Of a stretch of 64,000 nucleotides of DNA, positions 28,281-38,573 are shown one piece after another; the stretch's first letter is position 1, and the number at the start of each line of letters is the position of its first letter. The DNA is from an uncultured Verrucomicrobiales bacterium (GTDB taxonomy: Bacteria; Verrucomicrobiota; Verrucomicrobiia; Verrucomicrobiales; DEV007). The stretch spans positions 23,193 through 87,192 of the forward strand of contig CALKOM010000108.1 in assembly GCA_938091905.1 (NCBI GenBank). Reading direction: 5' to 3'. The notes beneath the pieces are model-generated. The model had not been told where the DNA came from. It saw only the letters and a list, made by a program, of their open reading frames with translations, and made no database searches. A program made the translations under genes and the position numbers.

Positions 28281-29714
28281 CTAGAGCGTCCTCAGCGATT
28301 CAAGGCAATCAGCCACCGATCGCACAGCGCGCTCCACATCAGAATCATTCGTCTGCCAATTGCAGACCGAAACACGCATGCACCGGTGCCCTCGCCACGT
28401 GGTGGTTTGAAAGAACGCCTCGCCAGCCTTCCGAACAGCGGCAGCAACCTCTTCCGTATGCTGATCATGGTCAGAATCAGTGGCACCCGGCTTCGGTGAA
28501 CGAAAGCGCACCAACCCTTGATTGATGCTCGGCTCCCACAGAATCTCAGCGCCGGAAAGCACACCGATCTGATTCACCAAGCTCCTAGCATGCCCACATG
28601 TACGTTCTATCAAATCGGCGATACCATTCTTCCCCATCTGGCGGATCGCAGCATAGGTCGCAAACCCTCTGCCTCGCCGTGAATATTCTGGGTTCCAATC
28701 AATCTGATCGCGCGCCTCCTGTGAGTGGGTAAGGTAACTCGCACGATGCGACATGGTGCGATAATGGGCTTCCGAATCGGCGACAAACGCATAGCCGCAA
28801 TCAAAGGGCACATTGAGCCACTTGTGCCCATCCGTAGCCCAGGAATCCGCCTGTTCGACGCCTTTGACCAAATGATGTAGCTTTGGACTCGCACCAGCCC
28901 ACAACCCAAAGGCGCCATCCACATGCACCCAGGCTTCCTGCGAATGCGCTAGAGGAATGAGCGTTGCGAAGGGATCATAGGCACCGGTGTTGATGTCACC
29001 AGCCTGAAGAAGAACGATCGTCGCGGTGTCGGAATCACTCTCAAGAGCCGCACGCAACGTCTCCACTCCAAGCCTGCCATCATCATCGACTGGCAAGTTC
29101 ACCATCACCGCCGTTCCGAGCCCTAGCAAGCGCACCGCACGATCAACCGAACCGTGTCGGTCACCGTTGCAAAGAATACGCAAGGCCGGTGCCCCATTTA
29201 GCCCATCGCGCTCTACATCCCAGCCACGCTTGGCGAGCAACGCATTCCGCGCGGCGGCCAAGCAGGTCACATGGGCCATCTGACAACCTGTCACCAAAGC
29301 GAAGCTCACTGACACAGGCAATCCTAACAACTCGAGCAACCATCGGCCACAGACCTCCTCCACCACGGTTTCCGCTGGAGCCACCGAATACATTCCAGAG
29401 TTCTGATCCCATGTCGAGGTGAGCCAATCAGCAGCGACTGACGCTGGTACGGCTCCACCGATGACCCAGGCAAAGAACCGTCCACTTGCATTACCTAACA
29501 AGCCACCTTCAACATCGGCCACCAGATCATCGATCACGCTAACGGCATCCAGCCCGATTTCAGGCAAGGGGCGGCCGATGGAATTGCGAAGCTCATTCAG
29601 CGAAGCACGAGCAGCGATCTTGCGAGTTGGCAGCGAATCCAAATAACCGAGGGCATGGTCAAGGGTCCGCCGGAGCACCTCGCTGTGCTGAGATTGGGTT
29701 TCCAGGCGACTCAT
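28281..29714 (-). CDS. Group II PLP-dependent (aromatic amino acid) decarboxylase family protein
   Basis: RFFAWVIGG, HVDGAFG and DSWATDGHKWLNVPFDCG (PLP lysine). Confidence 0.9.
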   Translation of the reverse strand: MSRLETQSQHSEVLRRTLDHALGYLDSLPTRKIAARASLNELRNSIGRPLPEIGLDAVSVIDDLVADVEGGLLGNASGRFFAWVIGGAVPASVAADWLTSTWDQNSGMYSVAPAETVVEEVCGRWLLELLGLPVSVSFALVTGCQMAHVTCLAAARNALLAKRGWDVERDGLNGAPALRILCNGDRHGSVDRAVRLLGLGTAVMVNLPVDDDGRLGVETLRAALESDSDTATIVLLQAGDINTGAYDPFATLIPLAHSQEAWVHVDGAFGLWAGASPKLHHLVKGVEQADSWATDGHKWLNVPFDCGYAFVADSEAHYRTMSHRASYLTHSQEARDQIDWNPEYSRRGRGFATYAAIRQMGKNGIADLIERTCGHARSLVNQIGVLSGAEILWEPSINQGLVRFRSPKPGATDSDHDQHTEEVAAAVRKAGEAFFQTTTWRGHRCMRVSVCNWQTNDSDVERAVRSVADCLESLRTL

Positions 29715-29837
29715 GGGAATAACTTCCCCAAGGAACCTCCGGCAGCCACCCGATTCTTGCAGACTTCCATCGATGCACGAAGACGAGATGACGTCACTGC
29801 AACCAAGAGAAGCCCAGTTGGTTCAATCCGGGTGAAG

Positions 29838-32831
29838 ATGACCCGCCGAATTCTTGCACTATGGATCGTACTCTTCGTGGTCTCCAGCCAAGGAAACGAC
29901 TGGTCCGGCTACAAAGAATTTGTCTCTGAGATTTATCCCATGCTCACTCAGGAGCAACCGATGGCTGAAAGCTGCGTGGCCTGTCATGACTCCGACGGGA
30001 CGTCGGATCTCGTCTTCTTTGGACAACCCAAGGAAGATTTCGCCATGCTCCGTCAAACGGGCTATTTGAAAACGGAAGGTCCAGACACCTTGCTCGGGCG
30101 AATCACTTCAACGAATCCGAAACGACGGATGCCGAAAGGTAAGCATGCTCAATCGTGGGATGACGATGACATCAAGGTGCTCTCTACTTTCCTGACCACC
30201 CTCAACGCCTCCAATCAAATTCAAGAGGTTGCAGCAGACGAACGCTTTCCCGATGCTCTGCTAGAGCCGTATGTGGGACAAGCCCACGCCAGGCGAGACA
30301 GCCAGTTCCTCACCTACCACCAATTGCGCGGCAAAGTGGAAACAATCTTCAGCGATACGTGGGTTCGTGATGGGAAGGATCGCTTCGAGGAGAACGTCGC
30401 CCTCTTCGGCGGTGCCGATTTCAAATCCCGCTTTAACGAATCTAGTCAGCCGTCGTCAAGTTTCCTCACGGCTCTTGATCTCATGGCCCGTGAAGTGAAC
30501 GCCCGCGCCTACACAACACGAACGGGACCCTTTGCTGATCATCCAATCGATCTGCCTGTTCTTTCAGAATCGGCCATGGTGCGTCGTAAATACCGGGAGG
30601 AGATGACAAGACTCTATCAAGAGATTCTCTTTCGAGCGCCAACTGATGACGAGATCGCCGATACCTTCACCCTGTTCAAGAGTATCCAACTCGAACAAAG
30701 TACCATTGCGAAGCGGGATTATGATTTGGTTTTTCAATTGAAGGTTTCTGACCCGACGACAGCGCTGGACAAGGTGGAAACCGTCCGTATTCCCGTGCAG
30801 GGAAATTCCTCTGCGGGCTACTACCAGGCCCTGCTGGATCAGACGGGTGGTAAAGCATTTGATGACCGTGGGCGTCTTGGTGAGAGGCTTGACGTGCCCT
30901 TCCGAATCCAGGAAGCCCAACTGATCATACAAAGCCCTGAGTCGATTGATGAAATCTCCTTTGCCGGTGTGGTTCTAACCCATTGTGAGACGGGGAAACA
31001 AACCGTCATCGATGCCAACTCTCCGCAGGTGAAGGCCCTGGGAGCCTGGGAATTGGCAGACAAAGGCGGCTCTGCTAGTCTTGAAGATGAGGGCGAAGGT
31101 TCCATTATCGTCTCGCTCTCTGCCGACAATGCGGAATACTGGATCAATGTGCTTTGGCGAAAGGGTCATGGGAGATCAAAGAATGTCTTCGTTGAAGTGC
31201 TAGGCGCAGGACATGCAAACCACGCGATTCAATCAGCGCCCGCTGTTCCTCCCGAAGGTCAGGCGGATTTCTATTACAACTGCAGCGATGACACGCGTCC
31301 GTTTTTCTCACCTGACGCTGCCTTCTTCTTCCATCCTCACGACTACGTCGAGATCACGAACGCAGGCACAAACGATCTCGTGACCATTGGTGCCCTGACC
31401 TTTGTCAGTCCCTCGGATCGTTTTACCATCAATAGCCGCGAAGCCGCCGGAAATGAACTCTGGGGAGATTTCAAATCCAAGAGCTTTGGCGCCTACAACC
31501 AGAAAGGGAACACCCTATCAGACGAGGGGAAGACCAAGGGAGAACTCTTCTTACAATACCATCCTGGCGCTCACACTAGCGAACACGAAAACTGCACGAT
31601 TCAGATTTCTTACGCTGGCAAACGTGGACAGGAAGCCCGCGTCCCTGTCTCCGTGCATGCCTACCAGTCGTCACCCATCACGCAGCTCGTCTTCCCGGCT
31701 CAGGGCCATGCTGGGGGGCAGGTCACGCTGGATGCCTCCGCCAGTTACACCACCCATCGAGCCACTCTGGATTACGAATGGACCCAACTTGAGGGCCCCC
31801 CCGTTTCCTATTCCCCTTCCGACGCTCGCCTCGCCTTCGCTCTTCCGCAAATGAACGCCAAGCAGTCGATGTGGCAGGCACTCGGGCGAGCCCTGATGCG
31901 TCATCCCGATTTCCTCTTCACCCGTCCTCCTGCTGTAGCCACGGCGAGCGATGCGCATGAAAAGCAACGATTGCTGCTCGTCAAATTGGCCTTGGATCTT
32001 GTCGGCCGCTCGCCATCTAACGAAGAACTGGCCTTGTTAGACTCTGGCGAGGACTTGGAATCGATGGTCGATCACTACCTGGCTTCACGCGAGTTCGAAA
32101 AGTTTTACTACCATCGCATTCGTCTCTATCTCGAGAGTCAAGGAACCAAGCTTCAGGACGAACCGGCCCGTCTCTGGTCCTACATTGCGCTCAATGACAG
32201 GCCATTCCAAGAAATCCTCACCGCCGACTACACCGTCAATGTGGCCTTCGAGAAATCAGATCGCCCAAAACATCACGGCCGCACGGGCGTGCTCACCACT
32301 CCGGGCTTCATCGATGGAAAACCTGGATTGCCACACTACAATTACGCTGCACAGGTCAGCATGCTCTTCCTCGGCTACGTCTACGAGGTCCCGCCCGAGA
32401 TTGTTGAGCAACGTGAAGGTACGACAGCAGAAGGCACCACCGATCCGCAATCCACCTGTTACAGTTGTCACAAGATTCTGACACCACTAGCACATCAACG
32501 CAATTACTGGACAGACATGGGCAAGTTCCGCAAGAAGGATGACAACGGAAACGTCATCGATGCGAGCGATCATGACTTGGTCAGCGAGTATCCGTTTAAA
32601 GGCTCCGGAATGCAGGCCTTCGCCACCCAGGCCGTGAAGAAAGAGCGCTTCATTCGCACCATCATCGACACCCACTTCACCTTCTACTTCGGACGGCAAA
32701 TGCGCTACCGTCAGGATGAACGCGCGCTCTACAAGGCCGTGTGGGATGCCGTCCATGCCGATGACTTTAAGATTCGCACCCTCATACGTGCCTTGGTAAC
32801 CTCACCCGAATACCTGGAAGTCCATGAGTAG
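29838..32831 (+). CDS. Large exported di-heme c-type cytochrome domain protein (PVC type)
   Basis: Signal peptide; two CxxCH motifs (CVACH, CYSCH); PKD-like VTLDASASY...YEWTQLEGP; LDLVGRSPS...YLAS; C-terminal IRTLIRALVTSPEY. Confidence 0.75.
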   Translation: MTRRILALWIVLFVVSSQGNDWSGYKEFVSEIYPMLTQEQPMAESCVACHDSDGTSDLVFFGQPKEDFAMLRQTGYLKTEGPDTLLGRITSTNPKRRMPKGKHAQSWDDDDIKVLSTFLTTLNASNQIQEVAADERFPDALLEPYVGQAHARRDSQFLTYHQLRGKVETIFSDTWVRDGKDRFEENVALFGGADFKSRFNESSQPSSSFLTALDLMAREVNARAYTTRTGPFADHPIDLPVLSESAMVRRKYREEMTRLYQEILFRAPTDDEIADTFTLFKSIQLEQSTIAKRDYDLVFQLKVSDPTTALDKVETVRIPVQGNSSAGYYQALLDQTGGKAFDDRGRLGERLDVPFRIQEAQLIIQSPESIDEISFAGVVLTHCETGKQTVIDANSPQVKALGAWELADKGGSASLEDEGEGSIIVSLSADNAEYWINVLWRKGHGRSKNVFVEVLGAGHANHAIQSAPAVPPEGQADFYYNCSDDTRPFFSPDAAFFFHPHDYVEITNAGTNDLVTIGALTFVSPSDRFTINSREAAGNELWGDFKSKSFGAYNQKGNTLSDEGKTKGELFLQYHPGAHTSEHENCTIQISYAGKRGQEARVPVSVHAYQSSPITQLVFPAQGHAGGQVTLDASASYTTHRATLDYEWTQLEGPPVSYSPSDARLAFALPQMNAKQSMWQALGRALMRHPDFLFTRPPAVATASDAHEKQRLLLVKLALDLVGRSPSNEELALLDSGEDLESMVDHYLASREFEKFYYHRIRLYLESQGTKLQDEPARLWSYIALNDRPFQEILTADYTVNVAFEKSDRPKHHGRTGVLTTPGFIDGKPGLPHYNYAAQVSMLFLGYVYEVPPEIVEQREGTTAEGTTDPQSTCYSCHKILTPLAHQRNYWTDMGKFRKKDDNGNVIDASDHDLVSEYPFKGSGMQAFATQAVKKERFIRTIIDTHFTFYFGRQMRYRQDERALYKAVWDAVHADDFKIRTLIRALVTSPEYLEVHE

Positions 32832-34539
32832 CCCCTGCCAGATTGATTCCTCCATCCGCGCTGTCCAAGACGCACCGACTCTTCGTGGCTCCACGCGTCG
32901 GCAATTCATGCGACGGCTCGCCGGAGGCGCCGCCGCCCTCACCTGCGTCGATTTCCTCAATCATTTCAAGGCCTACGGGCTTCCTAACGAAACCGCCACA
33001 GACGATCTCGCCGCCGGTGCCGTGAAGTCGAACCAGAACCCCCACTTCCTCGTCTATTGGTACCTGGAAGGTGGTTGGTGCGGCTATGACATGTTCAACC
33101 CCGTCATGACCGGAAACAACGTTACCGAACGCTTGGAAGACATCAGCGCAGAACGGTACCGCGTTCTTAAATGGGGCGAAGAAGGCTACGGCATCTATCA
33201 AAAAGGCAACATCCGCTACGGCTACCTCGCGGAACCAGGCAAAGACTTATTAGGCGACATGGCCGTGCTCAGTTCCATGCAAACCGGTTCGGGTCATTCC
33301 CGTGACCGGCTTAAAGTGCACATGGGATCTTACAACTATCGCCAGTCCGAAGAACGCGAAGAAGACGAACGCTCAGTCATGCAAGCCTTCGCCGAAGTGT
33401 ATGGGCAATCTTACGCGCTTCCCAGTCTCTCGTGGCACCGGTGGCTCTCCGATGGCGAACTGAACGAAGTGCAGTACACCGGTCGCCGAGGCTATTATCA
33501 TGCCCTTGGCCCCGTCCATGCGCATACCATCTATGCAGGCACGCCAAACAAGCTGAAGAAGCTACTCTTACAAATGCACGCCGATTCCAGCGACTCCGTC
33601 GCCAGGAAGATCGACTCATTTCTCGACAACGCCCACCGCGATTTCCTCAAGGACGAAAACTTGGAAGCCGTGCGTAGCTACCACTCCGCCCGCCAGATCT
33701 ACAAGCAATTGGTCGCCAGCGGCGGCTCCATGGACAAACAGCAGCTAGACGGCCTCTTTGCCGATCCTGCCCTTCGCGAAGAATTCTCCGTCAAACCTGA
33801 GGACGAGCTCATCACCTACCGCAGTGTCAATGGCAACAAGGCTCGCAGTAAGTTTTCCCCTAACAACAACGTCCAAGCCATGATGTCCTACGAGATGATG
33901 CGAGCAGGTCTGTCTTGCGCCTTCTTCATCGAATCTCGAGACGTCCGTCGCTTTGACTCCCACTTCTCCAGAAAGAAGCTCTGGAAAAACGACGGCACGC
34001 CCATCGGCATGCCTGATCAGACAAAGATGATCCAGCAAGACCTCTGGAACCCCCTAAAACCCTTCGTCGCCCGCCTCAAGAACACCGAGTACGCAGGTTC
34101 TGGCAAGAGCCTCTACGACTACACCAACATTGTCCTCACCTCAGAATTTGGCCGCTCCATCCATGGCGATGTGGGAGGCATTCTCAAGAAAGACATCTCG
34201 GAGAAGATGAAAGAAACCAAGATCGGCGGTCAAGACATCTGCGCCCACTGGCAAGTCACTTCCTGCGCCTTCATGGGTGGCAACGTCCAAGGCAATCGCC
34301 AGTACGGCGCGGTCGGCGAGAAGACCCTCCACGCCGTCCCCCTCATGCCCGACGGCTCGCTCGATCCCAACTTCGATCCCGTCTCCGGCGAACTCTTACC
34401 GAACAAGAAAAAACATCCCAAGTCGTCGGTTCCAAACCACGGAAGCGTCTACGCCACGGCACTACATCTATCCGGCATCGACCCGAAAGATAAAGGCCGT
34501 AACGAACGCGCTCCGCTTGGCTATATCGCTAGAGTCTGA
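32824..34539 (+). CDS. DUF1501-like Tat-exported protein
   Basis: Tat motif TRRQFM, YLEGGWCGYDMFNP, FDSH, SEFGR and HW; start overlaps the upstream stop. Confidence 0.75.
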   Translation: MSSPCQIDSSIRAVQDAPTLRGSTRRQFMRRLAGGAAALTCVDFLNHFKAYGLPNETATDDLAAGAVKSNQNPHFLVYWYLEGGWCGYDMFNPVMTGNNVTERLEDISAERYRVLKWGEEGYGIYQKGNIRYGYLAEPGKDLLGDMAVLSSMQTGSGHSRDRLKVHMGSYNYRQSEEREEDERSVMQAFAEVYGQSYALPSLSWHRWLSDGELNEVQYTGRRGYYHALGPVHAHTIYAGTPNKLKKLLLQMHADSSDSVARKIDSFLDNAHRDFLKDENLEAVRSYHSARQIYKQLVASGGSMDKQQLDGLFADPALREEFSVKPEDELITYRSVNGNKARSKFSPNNNVQAMMSYEMMRAGLSCAFFIESRDVRRFDSHFSRKKLWKNDGTPIGMPDQTKMIQQDLWNPLKPFVARLKNTEYAGSGKSLYDYTNIVLTSEFGRSIHGDVGGILKKDISEKMKETKIGGQDICAHWQVTSCAFMGGNVQGNRQYGAVGEKTLHAVPLMPDGSLDPNFDPVSGELLPNKKKHPKSSVPNHGSVYATALHLSGIDPKDKGRNERAPLGYIARV

Positions 34540-34612
34540 CAGATCGCCCCACGCAACAATGCGTCAGCTCGTCGACCGTTGGCATTTTAACGACCATTTC
34601 TTCAGACAACAA

Positions 34613-35196
34613 TCAACGCAGCTTTTCGCTGTCTTCCTTCGTGACGTCCTCAACTGATAATCTGCATTCTAAGATGTCCCCAACACCGTCTACTTCATCG
34701 ATATGAGAACCAATGCGCACGAATGCCAGTTGGGAAGCCAGAGCTTGAGAGGGATGGTTGTCCGGGCGAATCGTCATGGCAAAACGTGTCACCCCGCGCG
34801 CCAGCAGTGCCCAGTGCATTAAAGCCACCGCAGCTTCCTGGGCAGATCCCTGACGACGAAAGGAGGGCAACACGACCAAACCGATCTCCACGCCGCCGGG
34901 AACATACGGCTGGAGATACTCTGCGTTCGGCGCGGTATGGAATCCAATGTAGCCAACCATCACACCGGTCGCTTGCAGCGACTTCCCGCAAGCAACCACG
35001 GCTGGAGTACTCGCTCCGCCTCGAGCGCATTGAGTCGCAGGGAGAACACTTTTGTAGCCTTACCGGGCCAGCCCGTTGGTAAAGAAAGACCCAACTCACG
35101 TTCGGCCTCAGAAAGCTTGCCTTCCAAGGACGCACGTAGGAATGCCGGCGTCATTAGAATCAGATCAAAGCGTCCGGTAGGGATGGATCCTATCAT
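34613..35196 (-). pseudogene. RimJ/RimL-like GNAT acetyltransferase, frameshifted
   Basis: ORF 34960..35196 (IPTGRFDL...QPWLL) joins ORF 34613..34999 (MVGYIGFH...VEIG...FRRQG...DNHPSQAL) through a 1-nt frameshift at ~34990. Confidence 0.75.
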
Positions 35197-35242
35197 GACT
35201 TGGCCGCCGCCAATACTTACATTACAATAGATAGGCGCTTTG

Positions 35243-35528
35243 CTAACGGCGATCCTGTTTACCGATCAACCAGGAACCACCATATGCCATCCCCTTGGCA
35301 TCAAAACCAGAATTCACCTGGTCGGCCAAGTGAGCCATTCTTGGATCGGCCGCAACCTGTTCGTTCGCCTAATAGCACGATTCACGGGTATCAAACACCA
35401 CCCATCCAAACACGATGCAGTCGTTGCTCTTACTCGTTCAGGTGATTGCTCAGGACAGGAAGCACGAAACCGGCTACGTAGTAACATAGGTCTGCTCCGT
35501 TTGAGTCAGCTGCTGTTCGTGTTTTCAT
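35243..35528 (-). pseudogene. DUF1428-family protein remnant
   Basis: Manual translation: M...YYVAGFVLPV...NE*, then in a shifted frame IVFGWVVFDTRESCY*ANEQVAADPRMAHL...FDAKGMAYGGS. The middle of the domain appears deleted. Not in the ORF track. Confidence 0.7.
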
Positions 35529-35532
35529 GTGT

Positions 35533-35640
35533 GGATAACGTCAAGGCTCACGAACTCCTGACTAATGGGCAAACTAAAGTTCTCAGCGATTTTAGTATCC
35601 TCGTCCCGAGTTGGAGAGTCCCCAGGATCGTCTTGTTGTA
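35533..35640 (-). other. Degenerate integron attC-like site
   Basis: Minus strand TTACAAC-AAGAC-GATCCTGG-GACTC ... GAGTT-CGTGAGC-CTTGAC-GTTATCC, with canonical 5- and 6-bp spacers; an ATG follows 4 nt after the R' box. Confidence 0.4.
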
Positions 35641-35724
35641 ATCAAAGGTGCTTCACAACGCTTTTCTTGGGTTTACACTAAAAAGGGCGCCATTCTAGAA
35701 AAAATGCTGAATTGTTCGCTCAAT

Positions 35725-36525
35725 TTACCCTTCCCCAGCCAGTTGCGCTCGCAACCAGCCCGGGCGGTTTGTGGTGATGGAATCTACCTTGAGTTGGCGA
35801 AAGTGTTTGGCTAGCGCTAGATCATCGACTGTCCAACAATGGAACTCGTAGCCACCCTGTCGCAACTGCTTAACGAATTCAGCGGTCACTTGATCAATGT
35901 TTGCATTGGTATCTAGACCACTCGATTTCGTCTCCGCCAGGGTATTGAAGACATCTTTCCGGCTCGGCTTCATCCGCCCGAGGGTGTTTTCCTTGTAACT
36001 GGTGAGCCAATGGGCTTTGAAATCAGGGAAGTGCTGTCGGCATTGCGTGATGACGTCTTTGCCAAAGCTGATGAAGACCACTTGTTCGGGCTTAAGGACG
36101 CTCTTCTTAAGTGCCGGGATGATTTCCGGGCCACACTTGATTTCGAGAAAGAGCCGTTTGCCCTTTGGAATGATTGCTAGGACTTCATCGAGTGTGGGAA
36201 CAGGTTCGCCCTTGAACTTCGGTCCCTTCCACGAACCGACGTCAAGCCGCTGCACTTCCGCTAGACTAAGAGTATGAACATGCTTGGCGAGATTTGCCGT
36301 TCGTTTAAAATCCTCGTCATGGACGCAAATGATGTGTCCGTCTTTCGTTAGGCGGAAATCCCCTTCGATCGCGTCAGCGCCCTGCTTCCAAGCCAAGTGA
36401 AACGCCGCAAGGGTGTTCTCGGGCGCGGTGTGTGAAGCCCCGCGATGGGCGACTATATCTTGTGCGCTTACCGGATGGGTAGCCAACAGAATGGCAAACA
36501 ATAATGAACAGGACCTTGGCGTCAT
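35725..36525 (-). CDS. Glycerophosphodiester phosphodiesterase
   Basis: AHRGAS...PENTLAAF, IEGD, HD, EIK, WTVD and ITTNRP; signal peptide. Confidence 0.92.
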   Translation of the reverse strand: MTPRSCSLLFAILLATHPVSAQDIVAHRGASHTAPENTLAAFHLAWKQGADAIEGDFRLTKDGHIICVHDEDFKRTANLAKHVHTLSLAEVQRLDVGSWKGPKFKGEPVPTLDEVLAIIPKGKRLFLEIKCGPEIIPALKKSVLKPEQVVFISFGKDVITQCRQHFPDFKAHWLTSYKENTLGRMKPSRKDVFNTLAETKSSGLDTNANIDQVTAEFVKQLRQGGYEFHCWTVDDLALAKHFRQLKVDSITTNRPGWLRAQLAGEG

Positions 36526-36962
36526 AGTTCCTCACACTCTTCGAGGTAGGTCTGGAGGTCAAAACCTTCCGCCACCTCGATGACATTCCAGCTGCCGTCC
36601 GAATCCAGCCGGAAGCTTCCAAGGAATTTGTGCGACCACTCCCCTGGCCCAATGATGGAGAGCCGAAGCACGTCCTTCACCCGATAGAGATGATAAGTCT
36701 CGCCGAGAATGGGTTCGAAACTGAACTCCGCTTCGTAGACCAACTTGTTCCAATTGAATTCGTCGATTACGCGATGGTACTGCTCCTGCAACTCGGTCAG
36801 TTGCTGGCGTAACGCTTTTTGCACCTTGGTCGCTCCACGCGACTTGAACGAGGTCAGGTCCGTCGGGACGATCTTTGGACTGAGCGTCGACGCCGGGTAA
36901 GCGAGGAAGTTCGTCCGTTTCTCGTTATCGGTCTCAGCGAGCGCGATGTCTTCGGCGGTCAT
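36522..36962 (-). CDS. DUF2452-like protein
   Basis: LVYEAEFSFEPILGETYHLY...LSIIGPGEW...GSFRLDSDGSW. Confidence 0.75.
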   Translation of the reverse strand: MTAEDIALAETDNEKRTNFLAYPASTLSPKIVPTDLTSFKSRGATKVQKALRQQLTELQEQYHRVIDEFNWNKLVYEAEFSFEPILGETYHLYRVKDVLRLSIIGPGEWSHKFLGSFRLDSDGSWNVIEVAEGFDLQTYLEECEEL

Positions 36963-37011
36963 ACCGAACCATTACGGCTCTGAGCCCAATGTCGACTATG
37001 GAAATTAGGGT

Positions 37012-37260
37012 CTAGTTGTCCCTGGAGTAGGCCGGCTTTGCAGCCGGGGTTGGCTTTAGGATCCGACCGTGTTTCGCCGACCCTGTAGCGATGCTGCCTG
37101 TTCCATAGAGCGACTCCACAGAAACACCGGCGACGTAAGCCTCGCGGAGCGCGGCTTGAATGTCATCAATATCCCAGCATTGGGTCTTTTCTGTTAAGCC
37201 CACTTCTCTGAGGGGCTGCAATAGCCGAGATCCACTCGGCTGAGTTGTGTCTAGTCTCAT
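37012..37260 (-). CDS. Small hypothetical protein (uncertain)
   Basis: 82-aa ATG ORF filling the gap between co-oriented genes. Confidence 0.3.
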   Translation of the reverse strand: MRLDTTQPSGSRLLQPLREVGLTEKTQCWDIDDIQAALREAYVAGVSVESLYGTGSIATGSAKHGRILKPTPAAKPAYSRDN

Positions 37261-37384
37261 TATCTTAGTCTTATTTACGTTCCAAGACTAAGCGAAGTCA
37301 CCCAGAGTGCCTGTCGCAGGGAGTGACGATGTCGTAACAATCAGAAACGCCTCGCTTTTACCGCAAGGGATGGAGGAGCCGACT

Positions 37385-38437
37385 CTACTTCTTCACAGGG
37401 CGGAACGGCCAATCTGGGCTGCCTTTTGGATCAGGGAGAACCGGCGTCTTGCCCAGGCCAAAATCCTCTGGCTGGAGATCATGCCCTTCCCAATAACCCT
37501 TTTCTCGAATGAATCCGTAGAAGCTCGGGTAGAATGGATCGACGTAGTCCACATTCGCTTTCTCAGGCACGTCTAACTTGGTCAAATAGAAGGCGGCATT
37601 CACCACCATTCGGCGGAGATCTTCATTCAAGAGATCGACAGAGGCTCCCATCGTGGTGCAGAAGGAAACGCCTTTCGTCGTTCCGTTAGGCGCTGTGTAA
37701 GGATGTAACCAAGCGAGCGGTTGCATGGGATCGTTCTTCTTGCCGGCAACAGGCTTGGACTTGGGATCGAGTGTTTCAGTGACAGCACCGCGCATTAGAA
37801 TCGTGTCTTTATCCGTGAGATGAATGACCCCATATACATCCGAAGGGCCAAAGACCTCCTTCACACTGTTGAGAATCGCGTGCTCGGCTTGATCTTGCTC
37901 AATCACACCAAGGGCTCCTTCGCGTTTGTGGCCGCCGTGATGGCTCACCCATTGTTCACCGAGAATCTTTCTACCAAACTCGTTATACTTCAGACCCCCA
38001 AAGTCACCTTTGCCAGTGAAGGCATGCGTTGCGGTGCGAAGACCGATGACCGGCTTGCCCGCATTGAGGAAGTTGGTTACGTGAACGGCCTCTTCCGCAC
38101 TTGGCTGGCGGAAGCGCGTCGCGATGATCATAAGATCGGCACCATTGAGAGCGGCCAGACCTCGCAGACCTTGCTGATTATTAGAATCGATGTATTTGCC
38201 CGCCTCGTCCAAAGCAAACACCACCGTACAGTGGAAGCCGTGATGCTGGCTGAGAATCTTGCCCAGCATGGGGAGAGCCTCTTCTGAACGATACTCCTCA
38301 TCGCCGGAAATAAGCACCACGCGCTTGCCCTTGCCGGGGCCCTCCTTGGCTTCCAAGACCAACGTGTCGACCGCCCAACCGGTGAGCGAAAGAAGGAGTG
38401 ATGCGCAGAGAATAGAGAATCGTCGTTTCATGATCAT
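37385..38437 (-). CDS. Secreted ThuA-like (class I glutamine amidotransferase-like) domain protein
   Basis: VVLISGDEEYRSEE, GLRTATHAF, PLAW and FCTTMGAS; signal peptide. Confidence 0.8.
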   Translation of the reverse strand: MIMKRRFSILCASLLLSLTGWAVDTLVLEAKEGPGKGKRVVLISGDEEYRSEEALPMLGKILSQHHGFHCTVVFALDEAGKYIDSNNQQGLRGLAALNGADLMIIATRFRQPSAEEAVHVTNFLNAGKPVIGLRTATHAFTGKGDFGGLKYNEFGRKILGEQWVSHHGGHKREGALGVIEQDQAEHAILNSVKEVFGPSDVYGVIHLTDKDTILMRGAVTETLDPKSKPVAGKKNDPMQPLAWLHPYTAPNGTTKGVSFCTTMGASVDLLNEDLRRMVVNAAFYLTKLDVPEKANVDYVDPFYPSFYGFIREKGYWEGHDLQPEDFGLGKTPVLPDPKGSPDWPFRPVKK

Positions 38438-38573
38438 GGAAGGGATGTAACACGGGAGCCGGAATTGGGAAATCTTGAAGTTGGGACGTTCCAAGGGCAC
38501 CCATTTATTTGCACCTTTACAGGTCGGGGATGCGTGTCTAGGATGGCCGACTTTCGCAAGAGCAAGACCCTAT

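Noticed and set aside
35240..35641. 133-aa + strand ORF
   Set aside because: It is the antisense shadow of the DUF1428 pseudogene and the attC-like site.
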